Source of the DNA: Sarea resinae
Lineage: Eukaryota
Assembly: GCA_026026165.1 (NCBI GenBank)
Contig: JAPEUD010000011.1
Location: 1 to 64,000 of the forward strand
Direction: 5' to 3'
Length of the DNA stretch: 64,000 nt
Part shown: in pieces, positions 25,131-36,800 of the stretch
Position numbering within the stretch: position 1 is the stretch's first letter
How the letters are laid out: each line of letters begins with the position of its first letter
Made by a program: the position numbers and the translations under genes
Notes under the pieces: model-generated
What the model was told of the DNA's origin: nothing
Database searches by the model: none
The model's input: only the letters and a program-made list of their open reading frames with translations

Positions 25131-26593
25131 CATGCACATCACCAGATCACCACGACATTCGATGCCATCGATCATCCACCACCAACAGGCCCGTGAGATG
25201 AAGACACGATAGTAAACAAGGCGGACGAATATCGCTTCGGGCTAGGGCAGTTCTGATAGTGCATGTGCTTTGCAGGCGTCAGATATGCGATTATCAGGTG
25301 GAGGAGGGGCAGCACAGCGAGTGTCGGCCCAGACGTATGCGCGCGAGGAACGAACAATCATACTCAACTCTGCAGTCTTTGCTGGTCCTTCATGACGGCG
25401 ACAAACATCATGTCGAACGGACCCGAGCCACGCCTCTCAGGATCACGGCTCCGCCACACCAGTCTTTGCTCGATCTCGTATGGTACATGCAAGCTTCCGG
25501 CATTTTGTCTGCCAGGGCCAGCCAAGGGCATCCAGGGGAATCAAAGACTGTCGCATAGAGAGTCGACGTAAAGCACAATGAGGACGGAAGGATACGATAT
25601 ACATTCAAAGGGGCGTTACGAACATAACATGTGCGAAGTTTGGGGGGACTTTGGATAGATATATATGGTTAGGACGCGGGCGGCGAACTTGGAAGGCAGG
25701 CAGGAGCGACGGATGGATATATAGATGGGCTTAGCCGGCAAGGCTGAGGCGAGGCGAGCCATGGTCTGTGGGCTGGTGGGCGGCGCATGCGATGATATGA
25801 ACATTCGGGGTTCCGGTATTTGGTCGTTCATCTCTGTCCAGTCGGAGGAATAGTAAGGCGGAGGCTGTCGAGCCATTGACAGTGCTTGCTGGCTGGCTCT
25901 CAATGTCGATGCGCACGCGATGGTGCTCGTCTTGCGGATCTGTGTTTGGCTCGCTCGGAGGGAAAGACGATTGAAAAAGAATAGATGAGATGAGATGAAA
26001 GAGTCAGTAGTCAGGCTTGTTGTCGTCGTCGTCGTTGTTATTCTCCCTCGATCCTCGTTCATAAGTGTAGGTACTATCCAATGTAATACCAAGCACCAGC
26101 CCTGTCTGGAGATCGATCGCCAGGACCCATCAGGTTCAGATGCAGCCAACAGTGGCCGCTAGTATGGCCTTGCCGGTTTCATTCGTGGATTATCATTCCC
26201 ACGCCTGACCGCTCCAGCCATCTGGAGGTTGGTTCCTTGGTCGGTCTCCAGATGATTGCTGCTCGGAGTACTCGTCGTGCGCGTGGTGTTAGGATCGTGG
26301 TCGTTGTGGGGCGGGTAATCTCGCCGGATAAATGGGGTGGCCCATGCGTTGCGCCCGTGAGTGACTTTCTGTTCCATCAAGTGGTTGCTTGGTTCGTTGG
26401 TGGTACTACTATGTACGGGTCCAGATGAATCAGGTGGGATGGAAAGGAATGATAATAGCTGGCTGGCTGGCTGGCTGGCTGGATGGATGCACGGCGGGCC
26501 AGGCCAGTCAGCCCACTTGGTGTTTTCGTATCCATACGGCATTCGTATGGCGGTAGGGCAAGGAAAGTAGGCCCAGACAGTACTTGCTCTCTT

Positions 26594-26684
26594 CTGGGGC
26601 GGTGGAGGGGTGGAGGGGTGGAGGGGTACGCAGTAGAGGGATGGAGGGGCAGAGGGGCAGACGGGTCGACGGGTCCGATTTATA
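26594..26684 (+). promoter_or_regulatory. Cluster of STRE (AGGGG) and CreA-type (SYGGRG) sites with a TATA-like element upstream of xylitol dehydrogenase
   Basis: AGGGG at 26606, 26614, 26622, 26645, 26653; CTGGGG at 26594; GTGGAG at 26602, 26610, 26618; TTTATA at 26679. Confidence 0.45.
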
Positions 26685-26720
26685 CCTTGCTCTGCGAATC
26701 TGCATCTTCATCTCTGTCTT

Positions 26721-26841
26721 CTTCATCTTCATCTTCATCTTCATCTTCATTCAATTCATCTTCATTCAATTAATTGATCTCCATTCCGCTCTCCTTGACC
26801 ACCATTACCCCATCATCTCTCTCTCTCTCTCTCTCTCTCTC
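26721..26841 (+). repeat. (CTTCAT)5 and (CT)n microsatellites in the xylitol dehydrogenase leader
   Basis: Read directly at 26721-26750 and about 26816-26841. Confidence 0.85.
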
Positions 26842-26866
26842 AACGACGACCACGACGACCGTCACA

Positions 26867-28053
26867 ATGGGTGAAAAGGCAAGTCAGGTCCCCTCTTCAC
26901 TCACTCACTCACTTACCCATCTACTCACCCACCCTTGATCGAAAACGATACGAAGACAGAAGAATCTACCATCTAACCAGCCCCAACCCGACAGAACCTC
27001 TCCTTCGTGCTCGAAAAGGCCAACCACGTCCGGTATGAGGACCGGCCGATCCCGACCATCTCGTCGCCGCACGACGTCATCGTCAACGTCAAGGTGACGG
27101 GCATCTGCGGCAGCGACGTGCACTACTGGCACTCGGGGGCGATCGGCTCCTTCATCGTCAAGGCGCCCATGGTGCTCGGGCACGAGTCGGCCGGCATCGT
27201 GCACAGCGTCGGCTCGGCCGTGACGACCCTGCAGCCCGGCGACCGCGTCTGCCTCGAGCCCGGCGTGCCCTGCCGCCTCTGCAGCCGCTGCAAGGACGGC
27301 AAATACAACCTGTGCCCGCACATGCGCTTCGCCGCCACGCCGCCCTTTGACGGCACCCTGGCCAAGTTCTACCCGCTGCCGGCCGACTTCTGCTACAAGC
27401 TGCCGGCGCACGTGTCGCTGGACGAGGGCGCCCTGGTCGAGCCGCTGAGCGTGGCCGTGCACATCGTGCGCCAGGCGGCCGTGCAGCCGGGCGCGTCCGT
27501 CGTCGTGTTCGGTGCCGGGCCCGTCGGCCTGCTCAGCTGCGCCGTCAGCCGCGCCTACGGCGCCAGCACCATCATCGCCGTCGACATCGTCGAGGACCGC
27601 CTCGCGTTCGCGGCCAAGTACGCCGCCACGGGCACCTTCAACCCGGTCAAGCCGGCCGCCGCCGGGCCCGAGGACACGGCCGCGCGGCTGCTGAAGGAGC
27701 ACCCGGAGCTAGGCAGCGGCGCCGACGTCATCATCGACGCGTCCGGCGCCCCGCCCAGCATCCAGACGGCCATCCACGCCGTGCGCGTCGGCGGCACCTA
27801 CGTCCAGGCCGGCATGGGCCGCAACGAGATCTCCTTCCCCATCATGGCCATGTGCACCAAGGAGCTGAACGTCAAGGGCTCGTTCCGCTACGGGCCCGGC
27901 GACTACGAGACGGCCGTGGGTCTGCTGGCCTCGGGCCACGTCAGCGTCAAGGAGCTCGTGAGCCGCAAGGTCGGCTTCCGCGACGCCGAGGAGGCCTTCA
28001 AGGACGTCAAGGCCGGCAAGGGCATCAAGCTGCTGATCGAGGGGCCCGAGTGA
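26867..28053 (+). CDS. xdhA: NAD+-dependent xylitol dehydrogenase (D-xylulose reductase), zinc-binding medium-chain polyol dehydrogenase
   Basis: ATG GGT GAA AAG at 26867-26878, then a GC-AG intron 26879-26994, then NLSFVLEK. Motifs TGICGSDVHYW, LGHES, CRLCSRC...YNLC (structural Zn), GAGPVG, GSFRYGPGDY. Codons are strongly G/C-ending. Confidence 0.9.
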
Positions 28054-28752
28054 TATCCTTCTTTGGGGCTTTCGGTGACGTCAAGGGCAATGGCCTCTTT
28101 TTTTTTGCTTTTTTCTTTCTCATTTGTCGATATCTACTGGATCTTGAGCGAGCGAGCGACATCAAAATATATATAAAAGTTTGGTTCCGGTGCTCGATCG
28201 AGAGGACGATTTGACCGCGCGTGAGTGAAATGACGTAGATGTCGTGGGATGGAAAATATTACTGCATTGCGCTGCATGGCACTGCACGGCATCGACCAGG
28301 ATCGATTGATCTCGTGCATCTAAATCTAATCTCGAAGAGCGGATGGGATATACATGCAGAAAGAGAGAAAGAAAGAGAAGCGGTAAAGAAAGAAAGAAAG
28401 CAAGCAAGAAAAGAAAAGAAAAGAAGATGAAAGGAGACACGTGGGATGCATATACGAAGCAAAGGCCGTCTTCCTCGTATAGTCTAAGCCCACGTATTAA
28501 ACATGACCAGAAACAGGAAGAGGGAGCACAGACGACAGTGCAACACTGCCCAGTCCCAACCCAACCCAGGAACGCCATCATGCAAGAAAAAAAAACGAGG
28601 ACGGGAAGACCGCCTGGAAGATAGAGGAATACCAGTCTACTGACAAGAAAGCAAAGCGCCAAACATGTTCGCTACCACCACCACCACCACCACCACCACC
28701 AATACAGCAGGACCTAACCCCACACCACACGGCACCGCATGGCATGGCCATG

Positions 28753-30163
28753 CTATTGGATGGCCCACCCGCTCCTCTTCTTCCACCATTTCATCACATA
28801 GACCAAGCTCAGCAGCACGGGGACCTCGATCAAGGGCCCGACGGTGCTCGCGAGGGCCTGATCACTCGCAACGCCAAAGACGGCGACGACGACGGCGATG
28901 GCGAGCTCGAAGTTGTTGCTGGCGGCCGTGAAGGCCTGCGCGCACGAGACGGCGTAGCCGAAGCGGGCGCGGCGGCAGAAGGCCACCGTGGCGGAGAAGG
29001 TGATGGCGAAGTAGACGATCAGCGGCGCCGCAACTCGCAGTACCGATGTGATCTGCTGTACCACGTGCCGGCCCTGGGACGCGAACAGCACGATGATGGT
29101 GAAGATGAGCGAGAGCAGCGAGAGCGGCGCCAGGAAGCGGATGAAGTGCTTTTGATAGCGGAGCTCGCCCAGGAGAGGCCGTAGCGTGAGACGCGTGAGA
29201 ATGGCCGCGCCGAGCGGGATACCTGTTTGGAAGTTAGTCAGTGAGTGCGTGACCGGGCGGGCTTGGGGCAGAAGCAAATAGGAAGAGCTACAAACCCAGG
29301 AAGACGGCGACGCTCCTCGCAACAGGGCCGTAATCGACGTCGATTTTCTCGCTGGAATGGCTGACGTTGACAATGTAGAAGACGGCCAGCGGGGCAAACA
29401 GCACGATCTGCAGCACACTGTTGACGGCGACGAGAACGGCGCAGTATTCGTTGTCGCCACCCGCGAGATCGGTCCATACGAGCACCATGGCGATGCACCG
29501 GGCCACGCCCACGAAGATCAAGCCCTGGCGCAAGTCTTGGCGGTCGGGCAGGAAGGCCCAGGCGAGAGCGACCATGAGCAGGGGAGCGAAGATCCAGTTG
29601 ATGATAAAGGAGACCAGAAGCTGGATCCAGAGCTTGCGGGTACGGAAGAGGAGGTGCAGCGTTTCAAAGCGGACTTTGCACAGGAGAGGATACATCATCG
29701 TGAGGAGGCCGACGGCTGAATGATCATTGGGATATCGCATGAGCCAACCTGCTGCAAGATGCTGGAGAGGCAGAGGGATGACAAACCAATGGGAATGCTG
29801 ACGCCTACAAACTGGCCGCGCTGAAGGGCTCTTCCAGTCGACGGGACGAAATTGCCCAAGAGGATACCGGTCACCATGGCTAGCAGGATCCAGACGACCA
29901 AGAAGCGGTCGAGGAAAGACAGTGCTCGAAGAGGCGGCACATCTTGGACACGCTGGTATCCTTCCTGTCCGGCAACTGTAACATATATCGTCAATGAGCG
30001 GGACGGTGTTCGATCGTGATCGTAATGGATTGGAATATATACCCTGTTCGACATCTGTTTTATTAACTTTTTCCTGCTCCGGACCTTCGCCTTGATCCGC
30101 CACCTTCTCGGTCTCGGCCTCGACCTCGGCAGCATGCAAAACCGTGGGCTCGAGGGTATCCAT
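28753..30163 (-). CDS. ACR3: ACR3-family arsenite/antimonite exporter; spliced
   Basis: Introns 29976-30042, 29716-29786, 29223-29295. Motifs LSFLDRFL, MMYPLLCKV, INWIFAPLLM, ARCIAMVLVW (conserved Cys), LVAVNS, ASNNFELAIAV, GPLIEVPVL. Confidence 0.93.
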
Positions 30164-30733
30164 GATTGCAGAATTGGCTCTCTGCTGGCTTGGCCATGTC
30201 GACGGTGTTGGAGCAGATGTTGAAGAATTTATGGCGACACTGCTCTGTGTTCATCGTAGGAAAGGATACGCACCACATGGTGGGTGACCAATCAGCAAAG
30301 GCGTGTGACATCGCGGGGTCCGGCCAGATGTAGACACATACGGACTAGCTCGTCGCCTAAGCCCTTTTGGACCGCGAGGGGTCCGGCAGAATACTGGGCG
30401 GTGAGCACCCTGGCTCTCCCTTTCGAGACATAATCAACGTAATCGACTGGCTACGACCGACAATCATTTACTGCACGTCTCACCAACATTACAACATTGA
30501 CATCTTATCCAGACAAGTTTGACACTCTCCAAAGCCATCACTTTCATGCTACCGAGCAATACCGCAATGCAACAATGCACAAACGAAGAAAGCAAAAACA
30601 GGCCATGAGAAAAGATAGCAGCTGAGTGGGATTCGTCCATAAAGAGAGTGGTCACGGCCATGTTGCAATCGAGCTTCTCCTTCCACGTCATCCTTCCAAG
30701 GCCAGTCTCCTTCTTGGACTGGCCTTAATCTTG

Positions 30734-33700
30734 TCAGGGACTGCTGTCGGCATTCTGATTGACTGACGTCGGGTAGAAGAAGGCACCAACACTGATTGAC
30801 CATTAGTGGACAGACCAGCAATGCCAGAAAGGCAACTTACGCAATGATGACATATGCGGCGATAAGCAGTGATCCCTCGAGGTAATTGCTCCTGCCGTCG
30901 AGGACCAGGAAATTGACGATGAAACACGACACGAACAGGGAGACCGTTTCGAACAGAGTGAAATATAGAGACATGTCCTTTTCCAGGATCCATCCGAGGA
31001 GAATCACGATGGGTGTAATAAACAAAGCTGGGAGAGTAAAATGTCAGCGTATTGAAAGGTCAAACAATTGGCTGTGCTTACCTATCTGGATGCTACTTCC
31101 GACAGCAACACCGATCGCGAGATCCATTTTATTCTTACTGGCGACAGTGACAGCGGTCACATGTTCGGCGGCATTACCAACGATCGGCAGGATGATAAGA
31201 CCGATAAAAGCTTCAGAGATGGTGGAACTCTTGACTAAGCCATTGATGCTATCCACGAGGAATTCGGCGCAAACAGCTACCAGGGCCGTCGAGACGAGCA
31301 AGAGAAGGATCGCACTCGTTCGAGACATGTACTTCTTTGCCTTGGGGTTCTCTTTTGAGTCAACGGAGATATGCGACGCATTAACCGGCATGATATAAGG
31401 TAACGGCTGGGCCGATGGAACTCGGACTGTCTGAGTCTTGTTGAGGCGGTCGGGAAGAGAACTTGTCCGGCGAAGCCCATACGGTGTCATCGGGGCAGAT
31501 GGCCCTGCCGCTGCAGGATTTGACTGGCCAGTCGACGAGAAGACAGTACCCGAAAGCATCTTTGGCAGAGCTGGACGGACCGAGAGTCTAAATGGACGTC
31601 TACTAGCCCCTTCTTCTCCTACGTCCGCATTATCCACGACTCCGGTCTCGAGTGTTTGAATCTGAAGTCGGCGCTCGCTTTCAGTAGAGCTCTTCTTGCC
31701 CTCTTTCTTCGACAAGCCCTTCTCCGAAAGATCCTGGCCGTGACCAGCGCAATGTGCGCATTTCTTCTTGTGTTTCTTCTTCTTTGACTTCTTTGCCTTG
31801 TTGGACCGAGATTCTGGCGAATGAAGTGAGCCTGCCTTTTCGTTCTCGAAATCACGGAAGTTGATTGTTGTAGGTCGGCTTCTCATATAATCATCATGTT
31901 CGGTGTCTGCCTCGTCACCACTAGCAATTGGTCCCAGCTCATGGCCTGGGCTACGAGCCTCTGTTGAAGGGTCGCTGACGGCAAAGTCGGAAGATTCGAA
32001 AACATTGTGACCCGTCCTGGTAGTTGCTGATTGCACGGTCGAAGGAATCGAATGATGCGTTTGTGAGCTGGCACTAGACTTGCGGCGCCTCCGCCCCCTC
32101 AACGCTCTCTTGATTCGTTTAGCCGTCGAGTGAGATACCGATGACCGGTCGCTGTCGCTTCCACTGGACGAATCTGACGAATCTGAAGAGCTAGATGAAC
32201 CCAGCATATCGGCCAGAAACCCAGGATGGGATTCCTCATCGATGATATGCTGAGGAGTACTTTCGTACATGTAGGCGTGCGATTTCAGTTGGAAGAGCAA
32301 ATACAGAACATAGACGACGAGTAGGACCTAGATCATGACATCAGCTTTGATGAACACAGGCCTGTAGCTGACCTACTTACCACACTGGTACCTCTACTGA
32401 GCTTCAGCACAGCCAGATCGGCAGAACCAGCATTGGCAAATGAGGCATGGAATGCCGTCTGTGAAAACATATGAGCGTTGATTCCGCATGTCGGCATGAC
32501 GATGACGGGATCTTACAGGTAGCAGGAGACTCATGACACTTAAGCTAAGCAGGCAGGCACTCATCTGAGTGACCGTGCTATTGTAAATCTAATGAACAGC
32601 ACAATGAGTATCAAATGGTCTGCTGAATTCGAGCATCTCCCAGCGGACTTACCTGTTCACGGAAACGAAGACCTCCGAAGAGGAAGCACATGCCGAGGAT
32701 CAGAAGTAGGTTGGCGAGGATCGAGCCCAATAGCGAGGCTTGGACAATTCGAATTTCGTTCTGAAACATGGTAAGGTCATGGTGCAACAAGAGATGAGGA
32801 TTGACGAACCTTGACTAGGGCGATGCTGTAAAGCGCCAAAGTGATAGAAAAAGTGAGCACTCAGATAACCTCTCACAGAGATGTCTACAGCTAACAGTAA
32901 TGGGAAGAAGGGCAACACAGGAGGATTCAGATCGACCACTGATCTCTGGACATCAACCACTTGGTCGCACGGGTATAACGTACATGCTAAAGACCTGGTC
33001 AGTGCGCCATTGAGCATGGGTGAACGATAAAAAAACATACAAAATGATAAGCTCGACCGCATTGCCAAACGTCACATTCATCAGAGCGCCAACTGTATCT
33101 CCCATCTTACTGGCAACACTCTCGGTAGCATACGCTAATAGTCCAGCAAGTGGAATGACGGCGATGGCGTTCATTGCGAATACGATGTTCGGACTAACAC
33201 CTGGAATGATCTCGACAGCAATGCCGATGGGCACGAAGACCAGTAGCACATTGAGCCAGCTCGAGAGAAGGATATCCTTTGAGACTTGATAGAAGCGGAT
33301 GACGACATTCGGCTTCTGTTCGTCTGGCTCTATGGCGGCAGATGCCTCTCCAGGCTGTTCGGTATTCTCAGCAGGAGCCGGGGGAGGCAAAGTTGTGGGA
33401 GCATCTCCGAAGTCGTTACGACTTGTGTGAGTATGCTCGGTTCCCTCACCGTGGCCCGCGGCGGCCGATCCAGGACTTGTTCCAGCATCGTTGCGTTCCG
33501 TGGGATGACGCGGGTTGTCGGTCAAGGGAAGTATGGGGCCTTGACCGGGTCCTCCAAAGGGATTGAACTTAGAGGCATGCGCCTTGGTGCGAGCCCATGA
33601 GCGAATACGGTCTAAAAAGCTCGAGTCGTCAGGAGAATCGTTCATCGATGTTGAAGCCGCGGACGAGGGGCGTGATGAAGAAGAAAAAAAGAAGCGAAAG

Positions 33701-33886
33701 AAGGGAGAGATGGGAGACTTGGGGGCAGTGGAAGGCGATATAGTAGCAGCCAAGGTAGTCACTTAGGTTGGGGCTGCCAAGTACCCGCGACCTCGATTAC
33801 CTTGATTGGGGGTGAGCTCGCGGAACGCGGGAAGGGGAAGGGTGGGGGCAAATCGACGACGCCAAGCCGGATGTAGACTTACGCAT
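30734..33886 (-). CDS. Ca2+/H+ exchanger (CAX/Vcx1 family) with a long central loop; 10 exons
   Basis: Alpha-repeat motifs GSILANLLL and GNAAEH; also TFGNAVELII, GSSIQIALF, NYLEG. Introns 33612-33882, 32987-33040, 32826-32983, 32761-32809, 32589-32652, 32459-32516, 32328-32380, 31028-31081, 30792-30840. The start is ATG C|AC, giving MHRIRSWAR. Stop TGA at 30734-30736. Confidence 0.9.
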
Positions 33887-36800
33887 CAGGGATCTGACGG
33901 TGAGGCGAGCGAAGCGAATACACGAGGGGAAAGGTTCGCTTTCTTCTCTGGTTAGACACGACGCCAACGAGAGAGAGAGAGTCCGATAAGATTTTAGTAT
34001 CTGGCAGTTCGGATAAGGTCGCTGGTACCCGGTACTGCTGCGTGTCGAAGTCGTGAGATGAAGGCAATGGGATGTCGACTGTCGTTAACGGTGGATGGGG
34101 AAGATGGTGAGGACACTGGGAGCCCTGGAGGAGAATACTCGGCCTTGGAGGTTGCATCTTCGCATCATTCGGACGCGTCTCATTCGTACGATGTCAGGTC
34201 CAGCCATCACAGCAGCTGCGGACGTGATGCTCGGGCGATGACAGAGACGGCAGTAGCAAACAAGAGAGAGTACCGTAGTCGAGTACCTCAGCGATCAAGA
34301 ACGCGCTGCTCATGTATGAAGTGCACGGTACCTTCTACGCCGAGGGCGACGACCTTGCTTTGCTACAGAGATACGGTGTGAGACGAGGTACCGCCACGAG
34401 CAGGCGACCTGCTGTCAATACCGCGGGACTCAGCATGAGGAGAAGCCCAAGTGAGGTAATCGTCGACCTGGGCTGGCAGCTGGCAGTGGGCAGTTTGCCA
34501 TCTAGGGCTTGAGCTGTCTCCAATTGCATCTTCCTTGGTCTCTCTCCGCATTGCTCGGAGAGGTTGAGCCTGACTTCTTCATTCCGTCATCAAGTCGAGG
34601 TACATGTAGTGAATACATCGCCGCGTATGTTTGGTCTGCATCTCGCAACTTGTCCAGTCCAGTAGTCCCTTCCCAACCTCTGGAAATGGAAGATGAGGCT
34701 ATTTAGCGTGTCCGAAGGGGTAAGGTGCTCGTCTTGGACGTGGATGAAGCCTGCTGCCACTCCTCGGAGTAGTCCGTCGTCATCATTGATCGGTCATGGT
34801 GAACACGGCATGGTGAGATTGGTCAGGTAAGATAGGGTACTCCGTAGAGTACTCTGTAGGCATGGGAAAGCCGATTCCACTGCCAATTCCCCATCCATGG
34901 ATGTTGCCTACCTCACCTGCCGCCGTCAGTCATCTCGACGAAATCAATCTGGTAAAGACCGGAACCAGGGAACGGAAAGTCTTGGCATGACGTCACATCT
35001 CGACGACACCTCACCTCACCGCATGCTGGAGCTCTCTCCCGCCGTAACCCGCCAGCTCCGCCGTTGCTCCCCTGACGTAAGCGACAAGCGCGTTGTGCGA
35101 TGCTGCTGACGGGCAGAGATACATGTAGGCGAAATGCAGTCAAACCAAAAACAAACAAGGGGGCCACAAGCCACTTCATGGTCGATCACGGACAACCTGC
35201 AACGTGCTTGAGGCGTCTGCCTTGATCCGTAGGGCTGAACGCGTGGCTGTTTTGTCATGACATAGCGGGATAGATCCGTTCGTGACGCCTCGTTGCCTCA
35301 TCTCTTCACTTTGAGTCGCTTCTTGACGCGAGGAGCTTGATATCTTGCACAGCATACTTATCAAATCCCTTGATCCCTCGCTGGAGGAGAGGGGAGGAGT
35401 GGCAGTATTGGAGCAACCAAAAGGACAAGTCCCCTGGTCTCACAGAACCTCAATGTTGGACCGTCAACCTGCCGAACAGGATGCCTCGAATCTCACTTCT
35501 GCTTTGGTGGTGTCCGAGTCTGTTTCTTCAACCCTCTGCGCCTATTGACCAACTGTCGTTATCTTCGCTCGTCACTTCTGAGCAATGAAAAAACCTTTGC
35601 AGGCTGTGAGGATCCATGGAGATCTTTGTGTGAACTACTCTTGTTGTGCGTAGAGGCAATCTACTCTGTATATGCGAATCGAACTCTAACGGGACTTCCG
35701 TCCATGGCGCAATGCCCAATGACGAGGGAACAGTACCCAATCGGACGATTCGGATACTCCACAATAGGCAATTGCTCGCCTTGACGTCTCCGGTGTAAAG
35801 TTTCCACTAAAATGTGACTTACCAACCGATGAGATGCGTCCGTCCCGCTGTGGGTTGGATCTGGAAATCGAAGATGGCTGAGGGGAAATCCTCTACTCCG
35901 TACAGCAGAAATCATGACGGAAGCACCAGAGCTAGAAAGGCATCTTATCTGCAAGTCTCGACAGGTCCTTGCTTCAATCCGGCTTTTCTAGCACCTTCCG
36001 TTCCTTTCGCAGCTTATCTGCTGATTGCTCAGACAATTCTCAATGGAGTCCTACGGACCGAGGAGTCCTCGGTTACTTTACGTGTTTCTCCGATCACGCC
36101 CGGTCTAATTCAGAGCAAGCCATCTGCGAACATGGAACATGGGACTCTGCCGTCTTCCAGATGTGTCTCCACCGAGCAATTTTGTATGCCTGCGAACTGC
36201 TGCTGCACAACCGATCTGATGAGAGATGATTTCAGCCAGGCGTGGATCTCGGCCTCTCTCTAGAGCACTGCTCCGGATGCTAATGATTTAGGTGACAGTC
36301 CGATCATCATGGTCCACTTTCCCTATGCATGCAAGTTCGGGATAGACGCATACAACATCTCGCTAGGAACGGGGAAAGCACTTCCGGGAGATCTTGACTG
36401 GCAGGTTCCCGGGATAAGTTGAGTTACGCCGCAAGCTATTGCGCGTGTTTTGTTTACATCCCTTGCCTCCCTGACCTTACTTGCTATTGCGCTTGAGATG
36501 GCCATGGCCTCGGATGAGGCACGTGGGAAAAAGCAAAAAACCCGATAAAATATTGATCGATGATGAACGACGCTCCATTTTCCCAATGAGTAGCATGGCT
36601 GATGAACGATGACTGTTGGTCACGCCATCTCGTGCGCAATACGGCGCAATCTGCCGCACGGTACCTATTTCAGTGATGCTCGAATGTGAGCGTTTTGATG
36701 TTGGACGCCGCTTTCGATGACTGCAAAATGTGATCAATTTGATCGACTGTGGGGAGGCACCTTGTCAGATCATGGAAGGATGTTGCAGCCAATGTCACCT

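Noticed and set aside
26905..27702. 265-aa minus-strand ORF
   Set aside because: Antisense shadow of xdhA caused by strong G/C codon bias.
32826..33040. Stwintron (intron nested in a splice site of another intron)
   Set aside because: Both donors (GTATGT, GTACGT) are intact without prior splicing, so two ordinary introns around a 3-nt exon is the simpler reading.
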